Positions 8,662 to 18,959 of a stretch of 64,000 nt of DNA are shown here, one piece after another. The notes under the pieces are model-generated. The model was not told the DNA's origin. It made no database searches and was given only the letters and a program-made list of their open reading frames with translations. Positions within the stretch are counted from its first letter, which is position 1. Every line of letters starts with the position of its first letter. The DNA comes from Candidatus Woesearchaeota archaeon. Lineage in GTDB: Archaea; Nanobdellota; Nanobdellia; SCGC-AAA011-G17; JAGVZY01. The DNA lies in contig JAGVZY010000012.1 in assembly GCA_018302225.1 (NCBI GenBank), positions 11,191 through 75,190 on the forward strand. Direction: 5' to 3'. A program made the position numbers and the translations under genes.

Positions 8662-10647
8662 TTAGAAACTGGTTACTTCAGGTTTTGAAAGTGAAAAGAA
8701 TAATCTTTGGAAGAAAGCACTTGTTTTTCTTAAGAAACTTACATCGTTTACTTTAACTTCAAACTCACTTAAACCTGTGTAGTTAATTCCATTTTGATCT
8801 TGATAAGAAATATCAAATCTTAATTTATTGTCTTTTATTTCCCAACCATGAATTGGAACTTTGAATATTTTAGTTTCATTTAAGTTTTGTATTTTTAAAA
8901 TATCTCTGTCATTCATACTTATTTTAATATTTTTTGAGTCTAAAATTGGTTTGACTTCAAAATAAATATATCCTTTCTTATCATAATCTACTTCAGAAGC
9001 TTTGAAATTTGAAATTAAGATTTCAGGTCTACCATTAACTATTAAGTCTAAAGTATAATATTTTAAAATTTCTTTATTGTCTATTTTGCCTTTAAAAGAA
9101 ATAACAATTTCTCTGCTTTTGTCTAATTCAAATTGATAATCTAAATTTTGAGAGGATTTAGAAGGTATATTTAAGGTTTTACATTCTTTTTCTGCACAGG
9201 CTTCTATTGTTAGTGATTTTGAATAACTGTTTGAAATTGTACATTTAATATTTGCTTTTTCATAATCATAATATTCTGATTTATCTAAGGAGCAAATTGT
9301 GTTGAGATATTCAAATGAATTCGTTAACTCTTTTGGAATTAATTCTTTTGCTTGTTCTAGTGTGAATAATTTTCCTTTTAATGAATATTCTATTTCAATT
9401 TCTTTTGTTTCTCCAAATAAAGTTTTTACTTCTGCTTTTGTTTTATAAATATAATTTTTTTCCGCATCTTCGCTTAATTTTATAATCCAATAAATTTTCT
9501 TTTTTTCATAAGGTTCAAGAAGTATAGTTTTTGTATTATCTCCTTCTATTCCTGGAGCCTTTGTTAAGTATAATGAAGTTGAAACATAATAAGGTTTTGA
9601 ATTTTGAAGAGTTACTTCAAGAGGAAGGTAACTTCCTGCCTTATAATCTTCAAAAGGAATATTTAAGCTTGTTGAAACTAATTTTTCAAGACCTTTATTT
9701 TCTGAAACTAAATTAATTTTGTTTGAGATTTCTCCAATTTTTTCTAATTGCGCATTATTAGTGCTTAACCAAGAATATTCAATTACTCCTTCTGAGCCAT
9801 CTAAAGATCTTTTTAAAGCAATATGTGAAGAATCTATCCATCCAAATTGTTTGTAAGTTGGATCAAATGGAACCCATCCTTGATTAGGGAAATAAACTTC
9901 TACCCATGCGTGAGGACCCCAGTCTCCTACTAAATTTGAATAAACCATTCCTGAAACAAATCTTACTGGAATATTCATACTTCTTAAGAATGCTGCAAGT
10001 AATGAAGCAAATTCATCACAAACACCAACTTTATTTTCTAAGACCCAAGACGCTTTTAGAACTCCTTGTGAAGTTGAATAGGTTGTTTTTCCAGAGGTTT
10101 GAACATAATCTAAATCATATTTAATATTAGTTGATACCCAATTAGCATATTTATAAACTAATTTATAATAATCATCTTCATTTTCTGCAATTTCTAGAGC
10201 TTTTTGTTTTATTATCGGAGCATTATAATCTATATTTTCAGATTCTTTTACATATTCTAAATTTAGTTTATTTGAATTCGGAAATTCAATCTTTTTTGTT
10301 ATTATTACGGGTGTGTTAAATGTACTTATTTTGGAATCATAGCCAAATAAATATTCTCCTGACGGTTTTTTCCATGAGTAAACCATTGAATCGTTCTTAT
10401 TTGAAAGTTCTGCTTGTGGATTTGAATAGAAATTAATATTATTTACATTTTGTAGTTCTGTGTTTATTGGATAGAATTGCAAATCTGCTGAGACAGAATC
10501 TGCATTATTAATTTTAAATTTTGCTTCTGTTTTTAAGTTTAAGTTTAAAGATGAAGAATCTGAATAGTCTGCGTCTGTAGCTAATAAACTTGTAGATAGA
10601 GTTAAAACTATTAAAATAAGTATAAAATTTAGGAAATATTTATTCAT
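8662..10647 (-). CDS. secreted transglutaminase-like (Cys-His-Asp) domain protein
   Basis: It has an N-terminal signal-like segment. The core reads VCDEFASLLAAFLRSMNIPVRFVSG...GPHAWVEVYFPNQGWVPFDPT, matching the transglutaminase-like cysteine protease fold. Confidence 0.7.
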   Translation of the reverse strand: MNKYFLNFILILIVLTLSTSLLATDADYSDSSSLNLNLKTEAKFKINNADSVSADLQFYPINTELQNVNNINFYSNPQAELSNKNDSMVYSWKKPSGEYLFGYDSKISTFNTPVIITKKIEFPNSNKLNLEYVKESENIDYNAPIIKQKALEIAENEDDYYKLVYKYANWVSTNIKYDLDYVQTSGKTTYSTSQGVLKASWVLENKVGVCDEFASLLAAFLRSMNIPVRFVSGMVYSNLVGDWGPHAWVEVYFPNQGWVPFDPTYKQFGWIDSSHIALKRSLDGSEGVIEYSWLSTNNAQLEKIGEISNKINLVSENKGLEKLVSTSLNIPFEDYKAGSYLPLEVTLQNSKPYYVSTSLYLTKAPGIEGDNTKTILLEPYEKKKIYWIIKLSEDAEKNYIYKTKAEVKTLFGETKEIEIEYSLKGKLFTLEQAKELIPKELTNSFEYLNTICSLDKSEYYDYEKANIKCTISNSYSKSLTIEACAEKECKTLNIPSKSSQNLDYQFELDKSREIVISFKGKIDNKEILKYYTLDLIVNGRPEILISNFKASEVDYDKKGYIYFEVKPILDSKNIKISMNDRDILKIQNLNETKIFKVPIHGWEIKDNKLRFDISYQDQNGINYTGLSEFEVKVNDVSFLRKTSAFFQRLFFSLSKPEVTSF

Positions 10648-10761
10648 AAAATAAGAATAATTTAAGAGTTTTTAAAGGTTTAGGGTTTGTTTAGAAAGAA
10701 TATCTTCTATATATAGGAGTATATATTAATTCGGTTCTTCGCCTTATTTTATTAAGCTCGT

Positions 10762-11100
10762 TTATTCCATTCTTTTTATAACATCTTGATAAGCTTTGAT
10801 TAATATAGGTTCAATTATTTGATATACTCTAGGAGGTAGTTCCCATCTTATTGCTATAAGAAAGTCTTTTTTGAATTTGTCAGTTATGTCCTTATTAATT
10901 TGATTATTTTTAATAACCCTGCCCCCTTCAACAACAGATTTTATTTCTAATACCTCTTCTTTTATGAATAAGTCAGGTAGTTTAGAATAAAGAATTTCAA
11001 TTTGCTCTTTAGTTGTTGCATCTTTATTCATTCCTTTTTCTAATCCAATAATTTCTTCAAAAATAGGAGTTAAATAACTTGGTTTAAAATTTTCATTCAT
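10762..11100 (-). CDS. hypothetical protein (112 aa)
   Basis: ORF only. Confidence 0.3.
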   Translation of the reverse strand: MNENFKPSYLTPIFEEIIGLEKGMNKDATTKEQIEILYSKLPDLFIKEEVLEIKSVVEGGRVIKNNQINKDITDKFKKDFLIAIRWELPPRVYQIIEPILIKAYQDVIKRME

Positions 11101-11167
11101 ACTTTATTTTACCTTGTTAAGTTTATAAAACTAATCTTTGCTTTAAAAAGGAGATTTATAAATAGAA

Positions 11168-11932
11168 TTAAACCTTTTCTTGTTCTTGCACTTTAGAAAT
11201 TGTGTTTATAATCAAATCTTTTACTTTTTCTACGTTTTCTTTAAAAACTGTTAAGATTGTGTCCCAAGAAACAGGTTCTACATCATCTCTAAAGCTATCA
11301 TAATCTGTTGAGATTGCAATTGCTGCATAAGGTATTTTAATTTCATTTGCAAGAATACATTCTGGCGCAATTGACATATTTACTACATCTGCTCCAAGAA
11401 TTCTATACATTTTTGATTCTGCTTTTGTTGAGAATCTTGGGCCTTCAATTGTAATTACAGTTCCTTTTTCATGAAATTTTAAGTTCATTTCTTGTGCTGT
11501 TGTGCAAAGAACACTTCTTAAGTTTTCATCAAAAGGTGCGGGCATTGCACAGTGTTTTATTCCATCTGTGAAATTAACATTAAATGAAGAATGTTCTCTA
11601 AATCTTGTAAATTCAATAAACTGATCAAGTATAATCAAATCTCCTCTTTCTATTTCTTCTCTTAGAGAACCACAAGCAGTTGTTGCAATTATATGAGTTA
11701 CACCTAATTCTTTTAGAGCATAAATATTTGCTTTGTTATTAACTAAGGTTGGAGAAATTTCATGCTGTTTTCCATGTCTTGAAAGAATAACAACTTCAAT
11801 ATTATTTATTTTTCCTAAAATTAAATTTGAAGAAGGTGCACCATAAGGTGTTGAAATTTCAATTTCACTTTGTTCTTTTAGAATCGCAGGATCTTCTAGG
11901 CCTGTTCCACCAATTATACCTACTTTTATCAT
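11168..11932 (-). CDS. mtaP: 5'-methylthioadenosine/purine nucleoside phosphorylase
   Basis: Has MIKVGIIGGTGLEDP and a PNP/MTAP family core. Confidence 0.85.
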   Translation of the reverse strand: MIKVGIIGGTGLEDPAILKEQSEIEISTPYGAPSSNLILGKINNIEVVILSRHGKQHEISPTLVNNKANIYALKELGVTHIIATTACGSLREEIERGDLIILDQFIEFTRFREHSSFNVNFTDGIKHCAMPAPFDENLRSVLCTTAQEMNLKFHEKGTVITIEGPRFSTKAESKMYRILGADVVNMSIAPECILANEIKIPYAAIAISTDYDSFRDDVEPVSWDTILTVFKENVEKVKDLIINTISKVQEQEKV

Positions 11933-11972
11933 TATCTTATTTAGAATAATTTAAATTATTTAAAGCTAATGT

Positions 11973-13040
11973 TTAGTATTTAAAGGAAATCTCTTTCTTA
12001 TTTATTATTTTTTTAAATCTATCTATAAAAATCCAGAAGTCTTGTTTTGAAATATTTCCGCCACATGATTTTGAATGTCCTCCAAAACGTCCAATGAGAC
12101 CTTCCAAGGCTTCTCCAATTATATCGGGCAGGTTTAACTTTGATGATGCTGGAGCTCTAAAACTACATATCATTTCTTCTCCTGTATCTCTTGCAATTAT
12201 AACATATTTGTCGGGAAATTTGTAAAGCATGTAATTACTTGTAAATCCGCTTAGACTTACTTTTGTGGTTTTGTATGGAAAGACAATTAAATTTCCATCT
12301 GGTTTTGTTTCTAGGGCTTGTTCTATTATTTTTTCAGCGTATTTTCCTGCATATTTTGATTCACGTACAATCAATTTTCCTCTTGAAGTTGTTTCATTCG
12401 TTATTTCATAAGGAGATTCTATTTTGTCTAGTGTATTGAATATTTTTTTCAATTCTGAAGATTTATTTTTTATGCAGAAAAATAAAGTTATTCCTAATTT
12501 CCCTATGAGGGTTTCAAATAAAGCCTTACTGGGTTCTTTTATTTTGTTTGAAAATAAATCTGGATATTGTTTTATAAATTCTTCACTAAAATCAGGAATT
12601 GTCCAGTCATTAATACAACCAGTCATAGCTATCCATAAGTCTTGTTGGGCGATTTTATAACACCAATAGCTTGTTGGAAAACTATCTTTTCCACCATTAT
12701 GTAGATGGGGGTTGAATATTTTTAGATCTTTATAATTTAATTCTTTATTTAGGGGATGATGATCTATCCATACAACTGGAACAGATAATCCGTCAAGAAA
12801 ACTTTGATGTATTGGAGATTTGTCTAAAACAAATATTATATCAGGTTTTAAATAATCTACTCTGCTTAAATAATTAGAATCTAGATTTCCAGTAATCATA
12901 GTATACTTTCCACGTTTTATTAATCTTTTTAAGAGTAAGTAAGAACATAAACCATCTGGATCATTGTCAAATAAGAATAAAGGATTTTTACTAGATTCTA
13001 GAATTTTTCTTATTTCTTTAATTTCTGTATCTGTAATCAT
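11973..13040 (-). CDS. DHH/DHHA1 phosphoesterase (RecJ/nanoRNase-like)
   Basis: Motif I is FDNDPDG, motif III is IDHHP, and the DHHA1 motif is GGHSKSCGG. Confidence 0.7.
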   Translation of the reverse strand: MITDTEIKEIRKILESSKNPLFLFDNDPDGLCSYLLLKRLIKRGKYTMITGNLDSNYLSRVDYLKPDIIFVLDKSPIHQSFLDGLSVPVVWIDHHPLNKELNYKDLKIFNPHLHNGGKDSFPTSYWCYKIAQQDLWIAMTGCINDWTIPDFSEEFIKQYPDLFSNKIKEPSKALFETLIGKLGITLFFCIKNKSSELKKIFNTLDKIESPYEITNETTSRGKLIVRESKYAGKYAEKIIEQALETKPDGNLIVFPYKTTKVSLSGFTSNYMLYKFPDKYVIIARDTGEEMICSFRAPASSKLNLPDIIGEALEGLIGRFGGHSKSCGGNISKQDFWIFIDRFKKIINKKEISFKY

Positions 13041-13041
13041 T

Positions 13042-14013
13042 TTAATTCTTTAGAAACTTATTAACTTCTTCTTTTATTATCAAAGCTTCATCTGTTTTTA
13101 TAATTGCAAAGCTTTTTATTCTTAACCTTTTCTGGAGGGAAGCCATTATAGAATTCATTATTTCTGGATTGTTTATAGCAATTTCACCAGTAAATACTAT
13201 TTTGTCTATTTTTTCAAGTGTTGCTTGATAAGCACAAATCTGCTTTATTAGACTGTACTTAAAATATTCTATTGCAAAGTCTCCTTTTTTTGATTTTTTT
13301 AAGTCTCTGAAATCATTACTAAATCCTGAAATTGCTAAGAGCCCTGATTTATTATAAAGAATATCTTCAACTTTTTTATAATTCTTAAATTGTTTAAATA
13401 AACTTAAGATGATTCCTGGATCTATTGAACCTGGACGAGTACCCATAACTATGCCTTCTAAAGGAGTAAATCCCATTGAAGTATCTAGAGGTTTCCTGTC
13501 TTTAATTGCAGTTATTGAAGAACCATTTCCTAAATGGCAACTTATTATATTTCCTGGAAACATTTTTGCTATATAGGTATGAGATAATCCATGAAACCCA
13601 TAACGTCTTATTTTGAATTGTTTGGGTATAGGGTAGATTTTTGCAAGTTCTGGTAAATCTTTGTAAAATAAAGTGTCGAACACAGCAATTTGTTTTATTT
13701 TATGTTTATTACAATAAGGTTTGCAAAGTTCTATAATCTTTATTTCATGGGGCTGATGTAATGGTGTAAATTCTGAGTATTTTTTTAATTCTTTTATTGT
13801 TGTAGAATTAATAATTAGGGGTTTTTTATTATCTTTTCCATGAACAACTCTATGGGCGATTATATCTATTTTTTCTTTAATATTTTTTAGTATAAAATTA
13901 ACATCTTTTTTTAGATTTTTAGATTCTATCCTCTTTTCATGAACTTTTTTATCATCTTGAAAGAAGGCATATCTTAATGAAGAGCTGCCTACATTAAAAA
14001 TGAGAATATTCAC
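13042..14013 (-). CDS. acetate/propionate kinase-family protein (short form, 323 aa)
   Basis: Has FNVGSSSLRY and HLGNGSSITA, which are acetokinase signatures 1 and 2. Confidence 0.65.
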   Translation of the reverse strand: MNILIFNVGSSSLRYAFFQDDKKVHEKRIESKNLKKDVNFILKNIKEKIDIIAHRVVHGKDNKKPLIINSTTIKELKKYSEFTPLHQPHEIKIIELCKPYCNKHKIKQIAVFDTLFYKDLPELAKIYPIPKQFKIRRYGFHGLSHTYIAKMFPGNIISCHLGNGSSITAIKDRKPLDTSMGFTPLEGIVMGTRPGSIDPGIILSLFKQFKNYKKVEDILYNKSGLLAISGFSNDFRDLKKSKKGDFAIEYFKYSLIKQICAYQATLEKIDKIVFTGEIAINNPEIMNSIMASLQKRLRIKSFAIIKTDEALIIKEEVNKFLKN

Positions 14014-14558
14014 AATTTCATCTCCCCAAATAAATTATTTATTGAAGATTCTGGCCAACCCGAATTTTTCAAGATGTAAGCTATTTGGAATTTTGAAAAT
14101 CCTTTTGCAAGATTTTGTTTAACATATTGTTTTGCTTTTTCTAGGGCATCTTCTTTTTTTGCTTCTTCAAATGCTCTTTCAATATCTATAGCCTTCCAAC
14201 CTTGAGCAGTAATTACGCTTCTAATTTCGTTTTCGCTATATCTTAGGTCTAATACTGTTTTAATGTATTCTTTCAGTTTTTTAAATTCATCCTCTTGTTT
14301 GATAGGAGACTCAACTTTAAAATCTTGTTTATTAAGTATCTTTTCAGTTACTATTTCTTTTTTAGGAGAATTTTTTGAAATTAGTATTGGATTCATTGAA
14401 GGTAATTTTATTTTTCCTATTTTAGTGGGTTTTGACGGTCTTAAAAATTTAATTAAAGCAATAATAATTATTATAAGTATAATTATACCTAAAACTAGAA
14501 GTATTAATTTGTAATCAATGCCTACATTTTCTAATCCAGTTATTGTTAAATATATCAT
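14010..14558 (-). CDS. N-terminally membrane-anchored protein with two copies of a ~25-aa helical motif
   Basis: Has a TM helix (LILLVLGIIILIIIIIALI). The repeats are ENEIRSVITAQGWKAIDIERAF and FQIAYILKNSGWPESSINNLF. Confidence 0.4.
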   Translation of the reverse strand: MIYLTITGLENVGIDYKLILLVLGIIILIIIIIALIKFLRPSKPTKIGKIKLPSMNPILISKNSPKKEIVTEKILNKQDFKVESPIKQEDEFKKLKEYIKTVLDLRYSENEIRSVITAQGWKAIDIERAFEEAKKEDALEKAKQYVKQNLAKGFSKFQIAYILKNSGWPESSINNLFGEMKL

Positions 14559-14830
14559 TTCTCTTTTTTGCTTATAAATTTGAAATTTTGATTTAGTTCA
14601 GGAAGGTTGTATCCTGAAATAATTAGGGTGTGCATAATCTCTTCTTTATTAAATCCCTTTTCAAAGTTATCCTTCATATAATTTATTATTTGGATATTTC
14701 TATCAGGTAATAATTCATTTATTAATTCAAGAGAATATCCATTATTTATAAGATTCTTCTTAATTTGATCAATTTCATAACCTTCAAAAATCATTTCATC
14801 TATGTAAATCTTAAGTACCTCTTTGTTCAT
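14555..14830 (-). CDS. small soluble protein with two copies of the same ~25-aa motif
   Basis: Has EGYEIDQIKKNLINNGYSLELINELL and KGFNKEEIMHTLIISGYNLPELNQNF. It overlaps the previous gene by 4 nt. Confidence 0.4.
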   Translation of the reverse strand: MNKEVLKIYIDEMIFEGYEIDQIKKNLINNGYSLELINELLPDRNIQIINYMKDNFEKGFNKEEIMHTLIISGYNLPELNQNFKFISKKEK

Positions 14831-15821
14831 ATTTAAAGGATTGCAATTGGGATTTAAAAAGTTTATCTTGTTTCCTTGGTTTGAGATTAGAAAATTTTAT
14901 AATTGCGGGGTTTATTGGGCATATATGTCAAATTTTATAGTTAAGAATTTTTGGTTAACTTTCTTAATTGGCATGTTTTTTGGGGTGTTTTCTGGGTTTT
15001 CAAAAAAGTTATCTCCTTATATTTTATATATGCTCATCTTTATATTATTTTTAAGTTGTTTGCAAATTGATTTAAGAAACCTTTTTGTAAGAATAAAAAA
15101 TTATAAATTAATATTTTGGTTAGTTTTATGGATTTTAATATTATTACCTCTTTTATACATTCTTCTTAGAGTATTTTTAGATTTAGATGTAAGCCTTGCA
15201 ATTTTAATTTTATTAGTAATGCCTGCAGGTATGACTATTCCTTTTTATAGCAGTTTATTTAAGGGAGATATGGAGTTGGCTTTAGTTTTAACAGTAATTA
15301 CCTCTTTGCTTTGTCCATTTACTATACCTTTATTAATTAAATTCTTTTTAGGTACTGGCTTTTCAATAAATTTTCTAGATATGTTGACTATGTTAAGTTT
15401 GGTTATTTTTATCCCGTTTTTAGTTTCAATTTTAATTAGAAAGTTTGCTTTGGTTTTTATTGAAAAAACTAAAAAATATTATTCTTTTCTATCTTTATTT
15501 GTTTCAATGTTTTTAATGGCTGGAGCAATAGCTAAAATAGATTTTTTAGAAGTTTTAAAAGGTAGTGAGTTAGTTTATCCTTTTATTTTGTTATTTGTCT
15601 TAGCTTTTGTTTTGCATATAATTGGTTTCTTTATTGTTAGGGGAGATATTAAGACAAGAATAACTTCTTCTTTAGCTATAGCTTATATGAATTCTACTCT
15701 TGCAATTGTATTTGCAGCAAGTTTTTTTAGTCCAAAAGTTTTAGTAATAGTTACTTTATATCAAATTCCAGTAAATATTGCTTTAATGTTTTCAGGAATA
15801 ATATTTAGAAAAATAAATTAA
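14823..15821 (+). CDS. polytopic membrane transporter (BASS/AEC-like fold suspected)
   Basis: About 9-10 TM helices. No diagnostic motif was recognised. The true start may be an internal Met. Confidence 0.35.
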   Translation: MFIFKGLQLGFKKFILFPWFEIRKFYNCGVYWAYMSNFIVKNFWLTFLIGMFFGVFSGFSKKLSPYILYMLIFILFLSCLQIDLRNLFVRIKNYKLIFWLVLWILILLPLLYILLRVFLDLDVSLAILILLVMPAGMTIPFYSSLFKGDMELALVLTVITSLLCPFTIPLLIKFFLGTGFSINFLDMLTMLSLVIFIPFLVSILIRKFALVFIEKTKKYYSFLSLFVSMFLMAGAIAKIDFLEVLKGSELVYPFILLFVLAFVLHIIGFFIVRGDIKTRITSSLAIAYMNSTLAIVFAASFFSPKVLVIVTLYQIPVNIALMFSGIIFRKIN

Positions 15822-15823
15822 AA

Positions 15824-16420
15824 CTAAATTTTCATTGAATATTTGAATTTTTTGTTATGTTTTCTCTTTAATTGTGCTTTGTATCCTGGTCGAGTTTTTT
15901 CAGAACCTTTACCTTTATATCTTAATCCTCTTGAAGTTCTTGCAGATGAAGTTTTTCCTCTGAATACTCTTCCTCTACCTTTTGCAACCCATTTTGTTTT
16001 AATATCCGAAAGTATAACTGGATGCGCTCTATCTAATAATATAATTTCATACCAATAATATTTACCATTTTTTCCAAGATAATAACTGTTTAGAACTTCG
16101 CAATTATTAAATTTTTCAGCAGCTCTTCTTTCACAAATATTTTGATAATTTAATTGTAAAACTTTTTTTGGTGTGTTTTTACCAGATTTTCTTCCTTTTT
16201 TGTTTGGTCTAGGCCTTTCATGACCGCCCCTAATAACTCTGACTCTTGCTAATATATAGCCTTGTTTTGCTTTATAGCCTAAAGTTCTTGCTTTATCAAG
16301 TCTTGTAGGTTTTTCAACCCTTATTACTGCCGGCTCTAGAGACCATTCTGTGAATCTTTTTCTTTCTAGATCCTTGCTAAGATTGCTCCAAGTTTGATTT
16401 AAACGTGTATAAAGGCCCAT
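15824..16420 (-). CDS. rpl15e: 50S ribosomal protein L15e
   Basis: 198 aa, very basic, with strong similarity to L15e throughout (GYKAKQGYILARVRVIRGG...). Confidence 0.9.
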   Translation of the reverse strand: MGLYTRLNQTWSNLSKDLERKRFTEWSLEPAVIRVEKPTRLDKARTLGYKAKQGYILARVRVIRGGHERPRPNKKGRKSGKNTPKKVLQLNYQNICERRAAEKFNNCEVLNSYYLGKNGKYYWYEIILLDRAHPVILSDIKTKWVAKGRGRVFRGKTSSARTSRGLRYKGKGSEKTRPGYKAQLKRKHNKKFKYSMKI

Positions 16421-16450
16421 TTTTAAGTCTATTTTGTTTTAAAAACGCGG

Positions 16451-16461
16451 TTTTTATAAAA
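16451..16461. promoter_or_regulatory. shared TATA-like element (TTTTTATAAAA) between divergent rpl15e and a small membrane ORF
   Basis: It lies about 30 nt from each start codon, which fits archaeal BRE/TATA spacing. Confidence 0.3.
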
Positions 16462-16483
16462 CTTTCCCTCTTAATCTGTATTT

Positions 16484-16657
16484 ATGGAAAATTATATCAA
16501 ATATGCGTTAGGTGTTTTGTTGATTGGAATGGGTATATATAGTTATGTACAATGGCCTGTTCTTTTAAGTAATTTACTTAATGTTCTTGGTGGTTTTATA
16601 GGTTTGATTGTAATTGGGTTAGGCATTTATTTTATTAGAATTGCAAATAAAGACTAA
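16484..16657 (+). CDS. 57-aa two-TM micro-protein (not in ORF track)
   Basis: Own translation: MENYIKYALGVLLIGMGIYSYVQWPVLLSNLLNVLGGFIGLIVIGLGIYFIRIANKD*. Confidence 0.3.
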   Translation: MENYIKYALGVLLIGMGIYSYVQWPVLLSNLLNVLGGFIGLIVIGLGIYFIRIANKD

Positions 16658-16688
16658 ATTTATATAATCTTGATAGAATTCTTTTTTT

Positions 16689-17165
16689 ATGGATGTATTA
16701 GCACATTTTTTATGGATAAATGCTCTTTTTTATAAAAGAAAAAAAGCTTGGTTAGCTGGATTGTTTGGAATATTACCTGATGTTGTAGCTTTTGGGCCTA
16801 TGCTTATTTTATATTTTTTTATTGATGGAGTAAAATTTGGAAAGCCAGATTATATTCCGGGTTTTGTCCAAGCACTTTATAATTTAAGCCATAGTTTAGT
16901 TATCTTTTTAGGAGTTATATTTGGAATTTATTTTTTAACTAAAAAATTTTATTGGTATTTAACTGGTTGGGGTCTGCATATTTTGATGGATATCCCAACA
17001 CATGCAAGAGATTTTTTTCCAACACACTTTTTGTATCCTTTATCTGATGTAACTTTTAATGGTTATAGTTGGGGGCAGAAAGATTTTATGGTTGTTAATT
17101 GGTTGTTGTTAGCCGTTGTTTATCTAATGTTGTTAATACGTGTGCGAAGGAAGAAGATCAAATAG
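16689..17165 (+). CDS. membrane-bound metal-dependent hydrolase-like (YdjM/DUF457-like)
   Basis: Multi-TM protein with HILMDIPTH. Confidence 0.4.
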   Translation: MDVLAHFLWINALFYKRKKAWLAGLFGILPDVVAFGPMLILYFFIDGVKFGKPDYIPGFVQALYNLSHSLVIFLGVIFGIYFLTKKFYWYLTGWGLHILMDIPTHARDFFPTHFLYPLSDVTFNGYSWGQKDFMVVNWLLLAVVYLMLLIRVRRKKIK

Positions 17166-17200
17166 ATTTAAGAAACTTTTATATATTTTAGATTCTTTTT

Positions 17201-17617
17201 TTGTTTATGGATATTAAATCTTTGTTAAGATGGATTAAAATACTTGGTGTGATTTCTTTAGTAGTTATTTTTGTGTTATTTATTTTTTCTATTTATTTAT
17301 TAAGTTTGCCTTTTGAGTCACACGATGGTTATATTTTTTTAATAGTCTGGCCTATTTGGATTATAATTGTAGGCATAATTGCTTTGTGGGGATTAAGCTT
17401 TTTTATTAATCACTTGGTTAAGATAAATAAGAAAAGCATAGCTAATCTTATTTTAATTTTAGGTCTTTTTGGAAGTTTAACTCTTATGATTGTTTTAGTT
17501 TTGAATTTTGCTAATTTTTTATCTCCTGTTTTTGGTTTAGTCAGTATAATAATTCATTCTTTAATCTTCTTATTAATCCTTTATTTTGCAATTGCTTTAA
17601 AAATAATTAATAATTAG
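17201..17617 (+). CDS. hypothetical 4-TM membrane protein
   Basis: Hydrophobicity only. Confidence 0.35.
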   Translation: MFMDIKSLLRWIKILGVISLVVIFVLFIFSIYLLSLPFESHDGYIFLIVWPIWIIIVGIIALWGLSFFINHLVKINKKSIANLILILGLFGSLTLMIVLVLNFANFLSPVFGLVSIIIHSLIFLLILYFAIALKIINN

Positions 17618-18959
17618 AAGTTAACAAATTCTCATTAAAATGATCTGCTGTAAGTAGAATTCCTGATGGAAGTTTTGTTTTTAGTGGAATGTTTAAATGT
17701 GGTAAACCTGCAAGATTAGGACCTGCAGTTAAAATGTCCATTAAGTAGTTTTGTAGTGGAGTTAGTTTTTCTATTTCTTTGAATTTTGGTGGGAAAATAG
17801 GCATAGTTGGCGTTGCGATAATTTCATATTTTTTTAGAGTTTCTTTGTATTCATTTATTATTAAGGTTCTAACTTTTGCAGCTTTCATATAATAAGCATC
17901 TCTGAAACCAGCCATTCTTGCAAATGTTCCTATTATAATTCTTCTTTTTGCTTCTTTTCCAAAATGTTTTGAACGTGTTTTTGAGAAATATTCTGTAAAG
18001 TTTCCTTCTAATTTTTCATGCTGTCCATATCTTAGACCGCAATATTTTGCTAAATTAGTTGATGCTTCTGAAAGTGCAAGGATATAATAAACTGCAAGAG
18101 AATATTTCTTTGTTATTGGCAATTTTATTTCTTCATAATCATAATCTTTTAGGTAATTTAGAGTTGATTCTTCTATTTCAGGTTCTACTCCGTCCATTAA
18201 ATCTGAGACTAAAGCAACTTTTTTTATTTTTGTTTTAGTTGGTTGTGAATGTAGTGAAGTAGAATCTTTTAAATCTTTTCCAGACATAATATCTAAGAAT
18301 TCTTGCATTAATTCTGGAGTTTTAGACATTAAACCAATTTTATCTAATGAATTTCCATAATCAATTAAACCATATCTTGAGATTAAACCATAACTTGGTG
18401 TTAAACCATAAACTCCACAGAATGAAGCAGGGTTAGCAATCGAACCGCCTGTTGATTCTGCAACTGAAATATGTGGGAAATCTGCTAATTGAGTAATACA
18501 AGCTGAACCACCTGAAGAACCACCACAAGAATGTTCTTTATCTATTGGATTTTTAGGAATTTGATAACCTAAACCAACATTAGTTGAGAAACCACCAAAA
18601 CCAAATTCATCTTGTGCAGTTTTTCCTATGATAATTGCACCTTCATCTATTAATTTTTGAATTGCAGTTGCGTTGAATAATGGTTTATATCCTTTTAAAA
18701 TTCTAGAACCTGCTGTGCTTTCTACATTTTTAACACATAGACAATCTTTAACTGAAACAAATAAACCCGGAATTTTTTTCTTTTTTATTCCTTTATCTTT
18801 TCGTAAATTTTTAGCTTGTTGTATTGCTAGGTCTTCTGAAATTGTATTAAAACAATTATATTCTGAATTTAATTTTTTTATTTTTTCTAGAACTTTGTAG
18901 GTAGATTCAAGAATATTAACTTCATCATTTTTAACTGAATTAATATGTTGTTTTAACAA
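17607..18959 (-). CDS. gatA: Asp/Glu-tRNA amidotransferase subunit A (amidase)
   Basis: Amidase signature region GGSSGGSA, 450 aa. Confidence 0.9.
   Translation of the reverse strand: MLKQHINSVKNDEVNILESTYKVLEKIKKLNSEYNCFNTISEDLAIQQAKNLRKDKGIKKKKIPGLFVSVKDCLCVKNVESTAGSRILKGYKPLFNATAIQKLIDEGAIIIGKTAQDEFGFGGFSTNVGLGYQIPKNPIDKEHSCGGSSGGSACITQLADFPHISVAESTGGSIANPASFCGVYGLTPSYGLISRYGLIDYGNSLDKIGLMSKTPELMQEFLDIMSGKDLKDSTSLHSQPTKTKIKKVALVSDLMDGVEPEIEESTLNYLKDYDYEEIKLPITKKYSLAVYYILALSEASTNLAKYCGLRYGQHEKLEGNFTEYFSKTRSKHFGKEAKRRIIIGTFARMAGFRDAYYMKAAKVRTLIINEYKETLKKYEIIATPTMPIFPPKFKEIEKLTPLQNYLMDILTAGPNLAGLPHLNIPLKTKLPSGILLTADHFNENLLTSNY

Noticed and set aside
13042-14013. Doubt over the acetate kinase call because the protein is only 323 aa
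   Set aside because: Both acetokinase signatures are present, so I keep the family call. I flag that it may be a shortened or butyrate or propionate-type variant.
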